A DNA stretch of 20,000 nucleotides from an uncultured virus (IMG/VR IMGVR_UViG_3300030110_002660) (lineage: Duplodnaviria; Heunggongvirae; Uroviricota; Caudoviricetes), in IMG/VR virus record IMGVR_UViG_3300030110_002660; one strand, 5' to 3'. How positions within the stretch are numbered: the stretch's first letter is position 1; each line of letters begins with the position of its first letter. The notes beneath the pieces were generated by a model. The model ran no database searches. It had not been told where the DNA came from and saw only the letters and a list, made by a program, of their open reading frames with translations. A program made the translations under genes and the position numbers. Shown here piece after piece: positions 1-7,295 of the stretch.

Positions 1-1
1 G

Positions 2-214
2 AATAGTGATGTTAATATACCATTTGTATTGACTATAGATAAAAAAAATAATGAATTAGATTTGATAGCTAAAACGGTAATGAGAAAAAAAGATTTCAAA
101 ACAAGTAATCCAGTACTAAGAGTAGAGAATTTTAAAAACTTTAAAGAATTTAATGAATTGTTGGATACAGTTGATAAACTCGATAAAGCAAAGAAACCAA
201 ATAATTCCAAATAA
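2..214 (+). CDS. 3' end of a phage hypothetical protein (partial, runs off the left edge)
   Basis: Frame is open from position 2 (NSDVNIPFVLTIDKKNNELDLIAKTVMRKKDFKTSNP...) to TAA at 212-214. The TTG at 29 is probably internal. Confidence 0.7.
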   Translation, partial: NSDVNIPFVLTIDKKNNELDLIAKTVMRKKDFKTSNPVLRVENFKNFKEFNELLDTVDKLDKAKKPNNSK

Positions 215-221
215 GAGATAA

Positions 222-229
222 TATAAATA
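222..229 (+). promoter_or_regulatory. T4-type late promoter (TATAAATA)
   Basis: Exact gp55 consensus, intergenic, upstream of the spanin-like genes. Confidence 0.65.
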
Positions 230-238
230 GATAATAGT

Positions 239-307
239 ATGAATAGTTATGCAATAGCAGTGTGTATCATGATATCATTATGGTATGTTTATACTGTACA
301 TAAGTAA
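239..307 (+). CDS. Possible 22-aa hydrophobic peptide MNSYAIAVCIMISLWYVYTVHK
   Basis: ATG 9 nt after the late promoter, one TM-length hydrophobic stretch, fills the gap before 325. No SD. Confidence 0.3.
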   Translation: MNSYAIAVCIMISLWYVYTVHK

Positions 308-324
308 AAGGAGTTTGAAATATA

Positions 325-708
325 ATGGGATTTAAAGGAATGATTATTATGGGTGTCTTAATGGCGACTATGGCAGGTGGATTTTATTTTTATTATAAGG
401 ATACACAAAATCGTATTCAAATATTAACAAAGAATAATGCTAAATTAGAAACAGCAGTTCAAACTCAACAAACAGCGATAGATACTTTACAACAAGATGC
501 AGAAAAGTTTAATAAATTAAATCAAAAATTGCAAATTAATTTAGATAATGCTGAAAAGGAGAAAGACGCACTATATAAAAAATTACAAAGACATGATTTA
601 ACAAGATTAGCATTGAGAAAGCCAGGATTAATAGAGAAGGTAATAAACAAAGCGACTAAAAAAGAAAATGAATCTATAGAAGATTTAACGAAAAGACCAA
701 CGAGGTAA
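325..708 (+). CDS. Putative inner-membrane spanin (Rz-like)
   Basis: N-terminal TM segment then a long coiled-coil-like region; AAGGAG SD; immediately upstream of a lipoprotein gene. Confidence 0.65.
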   Translation: MGFKGMIIMGVLMATMAGGFYFYYKDTQNRIQILTKNNAKLETAVQTQQTAIDTLQQDAEKFNKLNQKLQINLDNAEKEKDALYKKLQRHDLTRLALRKPGLIEKVINKATKKENESIEDLTKRPTR

Positions 709-714
709 TATATT

Positions 715-1101
715 ATGGAAATAAAAACAGCATTATTAGTATTAGGATTAATTTTTGGAGTAAATGGTTGTTCTTGGTTAAGCGGAACAAAAGATTTAAA
801 TGTAAAAACTATTCAAGTTGATAGAAATATTCCTATTCAACCTTGGCCGAAACCAATATCAATGAATGGAATACATTTTTATGTAGTAACTGAGGAGAAT
901 TTAGAAGATTTTAAACAAAGATTTTTAAAGAAAAATTCAGAGTTAGTATTCATTGCGATGTCTGTAAGAGATTACGAAAATCTTGCATTTAATGTTCAAG
1001 ATGTAAAACGATACATCAAACAACAAAAGGAAATTATTATATATTATGAAATAGTAGCAGAAGGCACAAAGAAAGAAAAAATAAAAAAAGAGGAAGAATA
1101 A
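715..1101 (+). CDS. Putative outer-membrane lipoprotein spanin (Rz1-like)
   Basis: Signal peptide ending in lipobox-like VNGC, Pro-rich stretch (IPIQPWPKP), GAGG SD, adjacent to the Rz-like gene. Confidence 0.65.
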   Translation: MEIKTALLVLGLIFGVNGCSWLSGTKDLNVKTIQVDRNIPIQPWPKPISMNGIHFYVVTEENLEDFKQRFLKKNSELVFIAMSVRDYENLAFNVQDVKRYIKQQKEIIIYYEIVAEGTKKEKIKKEEE

Positions 1102-1102
1102 A

Positions 1103-1702
1103 ATGGAACTAGATATAATAGCATTAGCAATGAAATTTTGGCAATGGACAATAGTGATTGCTTTAGTAATATTAGGTTGTGTTGTTAACCTATTTGATAA
1201 AAATAACGAAAATAGAGTCAATTTTAAATATACAGAAATGCCTCATATGAAACCATTACCTATAAAGACAAAAGGTAAAGGTTTCTGGAAAGGTATCCTA
1301 ATGTGGTTACTTGGTGTAAGACATTGGGAGATTGCAAAAGATTTTACTTTCGAACTTGAAGGTAAAAAATATATCATACCTAAAGGATTTGAATTTGATG
1401 GAGCTTCAATTCCGAAGTTTCTTCATACATTTTTATCCCCAATTGGCGTATTATTAATGGGGGGACTTGTACATGATTATGCTTACAAGTATCAAACCTT
1501 ATTAATACGACCACCAAAGCCGGGTTTAAAGAAACAAACTATGGGTATCATAACTCAAAAAAGAGCAGATGAAATCTTTAGAGATATTGGTATAGAAGTA
1601 AACGGTTTCTTTATTATGAACTACTTAGCATACTGGTCATTAAGACTAGGTGGTTTTATGGCGTGGAATAAACATCGTAAAGTCAATGCTAAAATTAAGT
1701 AA
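1103..1702 (+). CDS. DUF1353-like protein with N-terminal membrane anchor
   Basis: IPKGFEFDGASIP...VHDYAY...RADEIF...RLGG motif series typical of DUF1353. Confidence 0.75.
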   Translation: MELDIIALAMKFWQWTIVIALVILGCVVNLFDKNNENRVNFKYTEMPHMKPLPIKTKGKGFWKGILMWLLGVRHWEIAKDFTFELEGKKYIIPKGFEFDGASIPKFLHTFLSPIGVLLMGGLVHDYAYKYQTLLIRPPKPGLKKQTMGIITQKRADEIFRDIGIEVNGFFIMNYLAYWSLRLGGFMAWNKHRKVNAKIK

Positions 1703-1720
1703 ACTAAAAGGAGTAACTTT

Positions 1721-1882
1721 ATGAACTGGATAAACAATAGACTTAAAGAAAGAACATCATGGGATGGCGCAACACTAATTGGATTTGGTGTTGTTGTTGT
1801 TTTTTTTAGTCCCATTGCTAAGTTATGTGCATATGGCGCTATAGCTTATGGTTTATGGACTTTGATAACTAAAGAAGACTAA
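1721..1882 (+). CDS. 53-aa small membrane protein (holin-like candidate), not in the ORF track
   Basis: AAGGAG SD; MNWINNRLKERTSWDGATLIGFGVVVVFFSPIAKLCAYGAIAYGLWTLITKED has two hydrophobic segments and fills the intergenic gap. Confidence 0.75.
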   Translation: MNWINNRLKERTSWDGATLIGFGVVVVFFSPIAKLCAYGAIAYGLWTLITKED

Positions 1883-1905
1883 ATTAATTAAGGAGAACTG
1901 CTAAC

Positions 1906-2412
1906 ATGTCAGAAATGATTAAAGGAAATGGTAATAATGTATCATCGAATAAAAAGAATTTAGAAACAGCAATTGAATTTCTGCAACGAGATGTTGCAGA
2001 TATGCAAAATATTCATATCAGATTAGACAAAGCAATTACGAAGATTATAGATGTATCAAATTCTATTCATATCATGTTAGCAGTTCATGAAGAAAAGATT
2101 GAAAGACAAGATGAAATTCTTAGTGATAATTCAGCACAAATAGAAAACAAAAGAAAAGAATTAGCAACCGATATTAAAGAACTTCATAGTAGAATTAGTA
2201 CAATTAATAGAGACTTATATGAAAGGATTACTAATACCGAACAACACATTATAAATGAAAACCAAAAAATTCAACAACAACTAAAACAACATATTGAAAG
2301 TTTAAAGGTTAACTTAAATGATAGAGTTAGTCTTTTGGAAAAATGGAGATGGTTAATCATTGGTGGTGCAGTTGTAGTGGGATTTATATTAAATAAATTT
2401 ATCAAATTTTAA
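1906..2412 (+). CDS. Coiled-coil protein with C-terminal TM anchor
   Basis: AAGGAG SD; heptad-rich body; C-terminal LEKWRWLIIGGAVVVGFIL. Confidence 0.75.
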   Translation: MSEMIKGNGNNVSSNKKNLETAIEFLQRDVADMQNIHIRLDKAITKIIDVSNSIHIMLAVHEEKIERQDEILSDNSAQIENKRKELATDIKELHSRISTINRDLYERITNTEQHIINENQKIQQQLKQHIESLKVNLNDRVSLLEKWRWLIIGGAVVVGFILNKFIKF

Positions 2413-2414
2413 TC

Positions 2415-2443
2415 TTGACATTTTCTTTTTTTTCGTGTAGTAT
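2415..2443 (+). promoter_or_regulatory. Sigma70-type promoter for primase
   Basis: TTGACA-17 nt-TAGTAT directly upstream of gp61. Confidence 0.55.
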
Positions 2444-2461
2444 TATAAGAAACGATTTATT

Positions 2462-3478
2462 ATGTACAACCATATTGATATAGAATTCATGAGGAGATTA
2501 GCTCCTCAATTAAAACAATTTAAAGAAAAGGGAAATTATCTTTTTAATTTTAGATGTCCTTGTTGTGGCGATTCCAAAACAAGTAAAGTGAAAGCCAGAG
2601 GATATGTTTTTCAAAAAAAGAATGATTTCTTTTACAAATGTCATAACTGTGGAGTGGGAAAAACATTGTCAAATTTAATAAAATATGTTGACGCAGATTT
2701 ACATAAAGAGTATGTAATGGCGAGATATACATCTGGTATTCATTCTTCTGAAAAACCAACATTTGATTTTAAACCACCAGAATTCAATACACAAGACCAA
2801 CTTATGTTTGAAGATTTTTTATATCAACTTAAAACTTTTGATGATTTAAAAACTTCATCACACCCAGCAGTAAAATTTGTAGAACAAAGAAAAATTCCAG
2901 AAAAATATTATTCTCAATTATATTTTGCACCCGAATTTTTTAAATTTACGAATACACTTTTACCTAATAAGTTTCCATCACTTAATGGAGACCACCCAAG
3001 ATTAATTATTCCTTTTTTTGATAAGGAAAATGTTTTCTTTGGTTATCAAGGCAGAGCATTTGGAAAAGAAAATCCAAAATATATTACTATAATGTTAAAA
3101 GAAAAAAATAAAATATTTGGTCTTGATAGAATTGATTCTAACCAACATGTTTTTGTTGTTGAAGGGCCGATTGATAGTCTGTTTCTTGATAATTGTCTTG
3201 CTGTTGCTGGTGCAGATTTTAAACTAGATATGGATGAAAAAGATTATACGGTTATCTATGATAATGAGCCAAGAAATGTGGAAATAATAAAAAGAATGGA
3301 AAAATCAATTGAACAAAATCAATCAATTGTAATTTGGCCTGATAATATTGAAGAAAAAGATATTAATGATATGATACTTTCTGGGAGAACTTCTGTTGAA
3401 ATTCATAGAATTATAAGTAAGAATACTTTTTCTAATTTACATGCTAAAACAAGATTAATAAACTGGAAAAAAATTTAA
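2462..3478 (+). CDS. gp61: T4-like DNA primase
   Basis: Zn finger (FRCPCCGDS...KCHNCG), RLIIPF, YQGRA and TOPRIM motifs (VVEGPIDSLFL, YDNEPRN, KDINDM). Confidence 0.95.
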   Translation: MYNHIDIEFMRRLAPQLKQFKEKGNYLFNFRCPCCGDSKTSKVKARGYVFQKKNDFFYKCHNCGVGKTLSNLIKYVDADLHKEYVMARYTSGIHSSEKPTFDFKPPEFNTQDQLMFEDFLYQLKTFDDLKTSSHPAVKFVEQRKIPEKYYSQLYFAPEFFKFTNTLLPNKFPSLNGDHPRLIIPFFDKENVFFGYQGRAFGKENPKYITIMLKEKNKIFGLDRIDSNQHVFVVEGPIDSLFLDNCLAVAGADFKLDMDEKDYTVIYDNEPRNVEIIKRMEKSIEQNQSIVIWPDNIEEKDINDMILSGRTSVEIHRIISKNTFSNLHAKTRLINWKKI

Positions 3479-3492
3479 GGAGTCATAAACAA

Positions 3493-5442
3493 ATGCAAAA
3501 AAACTTACCTACTCAATATCAACAATTTATTCACCTATCAAGATATTCAAGATGGATACCTGAGCAAAATAGACGGGAAACATGGGAAGAAACAATATCA
3601 AGATATTTTACTTTTTTTGAATCCCATTTACAAAAATTACACAAATATAAAATGCCAGATAAATTGAAAAAACAATTGAAAGATTATATTTTAGACTTAA
3701 AAATTATGCCATCTATGAGATGTCTTATGACCGCTGGTGAAGCACTTGAAAAAGAAAACATAGCAGGATATAATTGTTCGTATGTTGCAGTAGATAGACC
3801 ACAAGCATTTGACGAAATTCTTTACATTTTAATGAATGGAACTGGAGTAGGATTTTCTGTTGATAGACAATCGGTTAATAATCTTCCAGATGTCGCAGAA
3901 GAATTTCATCCTAGTGATACAAAAATAGTTGTCGCAGATTCAAAACTTGGTTGGGCAAAAGCATTCAAAGAACTTCTTGCGATGTTATATCATGGACAAG
4001 TTCCAAAATGGGATTTAAGTAAAGTAAGACCAGCAGGGTCGCCATTAAAAACTTTTGGTGGTCGTGCATCTGGGCCAGAGCCATTAGATGATTTATTTAA
4101 ATTTTCTGTTAAGGTAATGCGTAGTGCCGCTGGTAGAAAACTTACTTCTCTTGAATGTCATGATATTATTTGTAAGATTGCAGAGGTTGTTGTTGTTGGT
4201 GGTGTAAGACGTTCTGCATTAATTTCTCTTTCTAATTTATCTGATGATAGAATGAGAGCTGCAAAGACAGGAAGATGGTGGGAAACAGAACCACAAAGAG
4301 CACTTGCAAATAATTCTGCGATATATACTGAAACTCCAGATATGGGAATATTCTTAAAAGAATGGAGGTCATTATATGATTCTAAATCTGGTGAAAGAGG
4401 AATTTTTAATCGTGATGCTGCCACTAAGGTTGCTTCTGAAAATGGTAGAAGAGAAACTGATGGAATCGAATTTGGAACTAATCCTTGTTCTGAAATCATT
4501 TTACGTTCAAGAGAATTCTGTAATTTATCAGAAGTCGTGGTAAGAGCAGAAGATACTATGGAAACCTTAAAAGAAAAAGTAAAACTTGCAACCATTTTAG
4601 GAACTTTTCAATCTACATTAGTCAATTTTAAATATATTGCTAAAGAATGGAATAAGAATTGTAAAGAAGAAAGACTTCTTGGAGTTTCACTTACAGGTAT
4701 TATGGAATGTCGTTTTACAAATGGTAAAGAAAGTGGTTTAGAAAAAAGATTACAAGAATTAAAACAAATTGCAGTTGATACAAATAAAAAGTATGCAAAA
4801 GATATTGGTATTAATCAATCAGTTGCAACTACCTGTGTTAAACCATCTGGTACAGTTTCTCAATTAGTAGATTCTGCGTCTGGTATTCATACAAGACATA
4901 ATCCATTTTATATTAGGACTGTGCGTGGAGATGCGAAAGACCCATTAACACAATTAATGATTGATGCTGGATTTCCTCATGAAGAAGATTATATGAATAA
5001 ACATAGTATTGTTTTTTCTTTTCCACAAAAAGCAGATAAAGATTCTGTTTTTAGAACTGATATGAGTGCAATAGAACAACTAGCAATTTGGAAAATATAT
5101 CAAGTAAATTGGTGTGAACATAAACCATCTGTAACTATTTCTGTAAAAGAAGATGAGTGGATGGCAGTTGGTGCTTGGGTTTATGAGAATTTTGATTATA
5201 TGTCTGGTGTTTCTTTTCTACCTCATAGTGACCATATCTATAAACAAGCTCCATATCAAGATTGTACCGAGAAGGAGTATAATGAGTTTGTGAAGAAGAT
5301 GCCGAAAGATGTGGACTGGGGATTACTAAGTAAATATGAACTATCTGACCAGACTATCGCTAGTCAAGAATTAGCGTGTACTGGGCCAGAGGGTTGTGAT
5401 GTTACTTTTAGTACCCCAACAGGAATCGGTGGTATATCTTAG
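3493..5442 (+). CDS. nrdJ: Class II adenosylcobalamin-dependent ribonucleotide reductase
   Basis: YNCSY, GTGVGFS, GGVRRSALISL, catalytic GTNPCSEI, TCVKPSGTVSQL, WCEHKPSVT and a C-terminal Cys pair. No ATP cone and no adjacent nrdB. Confidence 0.92.
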   Translation: MQKNLPTQYQQFIHLSRYSRWIPEQNRRETWEETISRYFTFFESHLQKLHKYKMPDKLKKQLKDYILDLKIMPSMRCLMTAGEALEKENIAGYNCSYVAVDRPQAFDEILYILMNGTGVGFSVDRQSVNNLPDVAEEFHPSDTKIVVADSKLGWAKAFKELLAMLYHGQVPKWDLSKVRPAGSPLKTFGGRASGPEPLDDLFKFSVKVMRSAAGRKLTSLECHDIICKIAEVVVVGGVRRSALISLSNLSDDRMRAAKTGRWWETEPQRALANNSAIYTETPDMGIFLKEWRSLYDSKSGERGIFNRDAATKVASENGRRETDGIEFGTNPCSEIILRSREFCNLSEVVVRAEDTMETLKEKVKLATILGTFQSTLVNFKYIAKEWNKNCKEERLLGVSLTGIMECRFTNGKESGLEKRLQELKQIAVDTNKKYAKDIGINQSVATTCVKPSGTVSQLVDSASGIHTRHNPFYIRTVRGDAKDPLTQLMIDAGFPHEEDYMNKHSIVFSFPQKADKDSVFRTDMSAIEQLAIWKIYQVNWCEHKPSVTISVKEDEWMAVGAWVYENFDYMSGVSFLPHSDHIYKQAPYQDCTEKEYNEFVKKMPKDVDWGLLSKYELSDQTIASQELACTGPEGCDVTFSTPTGIGGIS

Positions 5443-5451
5443 TGCCAGAGC

Positions 5452-5520
5452 GATTTTAAAGGGGCATTTGGACGCTGTTAATAGCGCCAAGGGTGTTTGT
5501 ATCCCACCCCTTAAAAGGTC
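5452..5520 (+). other. GC-rich structured intergenic element (predicted three-way junction)
   Basis: Outer stem TTTTAA(A)GGGG/CCCCTTAAAA encloses hairpin TTGG(A)CGCTGT/ATAGCGCCAA and a short GGG/CCC hairpin. Confidence 0.5.
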
Positions 5521-5539
5521 TTAAAATGATTGATTTGAA

Positions 5540-6127
5540 ATGATACAAAATATTGAATATGGTAGTCGAGTTAATTGTGTTGGAATTGATTACTCCATGA
5601 GCAGTCCTGCTATATGTTTATCGTATGGTGAAGAAGTATCTTGGCAAACTTGTAAGATTTTTTATCTAACCGACAAGAAAAAATACTTAGGGCATTTTGC
5701 TGAAGATAAAATTATGGGACAATCTCTCTATAAAGATTGGACATCTCAACAACAAAGATTTCACGCACTTTCGAATTGGATAATGGTGCATCTGAATTTG
5801 GATAGTTCTATAAAGGTCTACTTAGAAAATTATTCTATGGGAAGCACAGGCAGAGTTTTTTCTATAGCAGAAAATACTGGCATCTTAAAATATAATCTTT
5901 ATCTACAAGGCAATCCTATTATCTTATTACCACCGAGCATTATAAAAAAATATGCTACTGGAAAAGGAAATGCTGATAAAGAATTAATGTATGAAGCATT
6001 CTATAATGAAACCAAAATTGATTTACAAAATATTTTAAATTCTTCTATATCAAACCCTTTGACTGATATAGTTGATGCTTATTTTATTTGTAAATATGGG
6101 AAACAATATGAGCAAGAACAAAATTAA
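5540..6127 (+). CDS. RuvC-like (RNase H fold) nuclease / Holliday junction resolvase
   Basis: GIDYS (first acidic residue), YLENYS, PSIIKKYATGKGNADK and DIVDAY match RuvC catalytic motifs. Confidence 0.8.
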   Translation: MIQNIEYGSRVNCVGIDYSMSSPAICLSYGEEVSWQTCKIFYLTDKKKYLGHFAEDKIMGQSLYKDWTSQQQRFHALSNWIMVHLNLDSSIKVYLENYSMGSTGRVFSIAENTGILKYNLYLQGNPIILLPPSIIKKYATGKGNADKELMYEAFYNETKIDLQNILNSSISNPLTDIVDAYFICKYGKQYEQEQN

Positions 6128-6347
6128 TAATAATGATTTTATTACTACAAAAATAAATAAACTTTTATCACAATTAGAAACTCAAGTGGAACAAGTTTTT
6201 GGAGAATTCTCTGAGGAAGAACTTAAAGAATTACTTGATAATGATTTAGGTGAAATTATTTTTAATTGGAAAGGACAAGCACAAGAAGAACGAGGACGAA
6301 GAAATCAACAAAAATTAATTGATTTTACTTTAGGCAAACAACAATAA
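6108..6347 (+). CDS. Hypothetical protein (79 aa)
   Basis: ORF track 6072..6347; the ATG at 6108 (MSKNK) gives a short overlap with the upstream gene. Confidence 0.6.
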   Translation: MSKNKINNNDFITTKINKLLSQLETQVEQVFGEFSEEELKELLDNDLGEIIFNWKGQAQEERGRRNQQKLIDFTLGKQQ

Positions 6348-6392
6348 TACCCAATTATTTTAACAATTTTGTTAGATAAAATTCTATAAATT

Positions 6393-6400
6393 TATAAATA
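6393..6400 (+). promoter_or_regulatory. T4-type late promoter (TATAAATA)
   Basis: Exact consensus, intergenic, 38 nt upstream of the 6438 start. Confidence 0.65.
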
Positions 6401-6437
6401 TATGTGACTACAAAACAGAGTATTTTAGAGGTTTCAT

Positions 6438-7292
6438 ATGCATAAATTTTTATTTTTCTTCCTGATATTGACAATTACATTTACGCCATTAAGTTTTGTT
6501 TTTGCAAACGACCAATCCACATCTAATCAAACTAATGCAAGTGGCAGTAACACTTCTATAAGTGGTGGGTATACTAGTACAACTACAAACAATAATGATG
6601 GACAAGTTAATAATACAACTAACACCACAAGCAATTCATCAACAACAAATCAAAAATCCATACCTGTTGGAAATGCAAGTGCGCCCTCTATGTCAAGTTA
6701 CTCACAAGACCTTTGTACAGTTGGTGTAGGTTTTGGTATGCAAACACTTGGTCTTGGTGTATCAGGTGGAACATATTTTACCGACCAGAATTGTGAACGA
6801 ATGAAATTATCAAAACTTCTTTATGATTATCAAATGAGAGTTGCATCAATAGCAATTCTTTGTCAAGATGATAGAGTATTTTCTGCTATGGAACATGCAG
6901 GTACACCATGTCCATTCGAAGGAAATATTGGTAGTGCAGCTAACGCACAATGGAAAAAATATGATATAGAAAGACCAGATTATGATAGATACACAGACAA
7001 ACTTAAAAAGAGAGAATATATCAACGAAAAATTAAGTAAAGAAGCACAAAAGAAAATTGATGCGATTAAAAAAGCAGAACAAAAGAAAGCAGAAATTGAA
7101 ACTAAAAGAAAAATGAAAGAACTAGAAAAATTACAAGAGGAACTTAAAAAAGAAGAAAAAGCTAATATTCCAAAGAAAGAAAAGAGTTCTTGGTTTAACT
7201 TTGATTTTAAAATTGAACATTTAGAGACTAAACCTGTTGACTTTTCTGGACACCAAAGTGTTGGTGGAGTTAAACTTCCACATACGAACTAA
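6438..7292 (+). CDS. Exported protein with Thr/Asn/Ser-rich N-region, four-Cys core and Lys/Glu coiled coil
   Basis: Signal peptide (...SFVFA|ND), GAGG SD, DLCTVG...QNCER...ILCQD...TPCPF. Confidence 0.8.
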   Translation: MHKFLFFFLILTITFTPLSFVFANDQSTSNQTNASGSNTSISGGYTSTTTNNNDGQVNNTTNTTSNSSTTNQKSIPVGNASAPSMSSYSQDLCTVGVGFGMQTLGLGVSGGTYFTDQNCERMKLSKLLYDYQMRVASIAILCQDDRVFSAMEHAGTPCPFEGNIGSAANAQWKKYDIERPDYDRYTDKLKKREYINEKLSKEAQKKIDAIKKAEQKKAEIETKRKMKELEKLQEELKKEEKANIPKKEKSSWFNFDFKIEHLETKPVDFSGHQSVGGVKLPHTN

Positions 7293-7295
7293 TTA

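Noticed and set aside
2462..5442. Introns, inteins or stop-codon recoding in primase/RNR
   Set aside because: Both ORFs are uninterrupted, of expected length and read in the standard code.
5443..5535. Cobalamin riboswitch or hammerhead ribozyme
   Set aside because: It lies downstream of nrdJ, is too short, and has no B12 box or CUGANGA/GAAA core.
5540..6127. TnpB/IS200-IS605 element (RuvC-like gene with an upstream structured end)
   Set aside because: The protein is only 195 aa with a contiguous resolvase-type RuvC, no Zn finger, no HTH and no transposase nearby.
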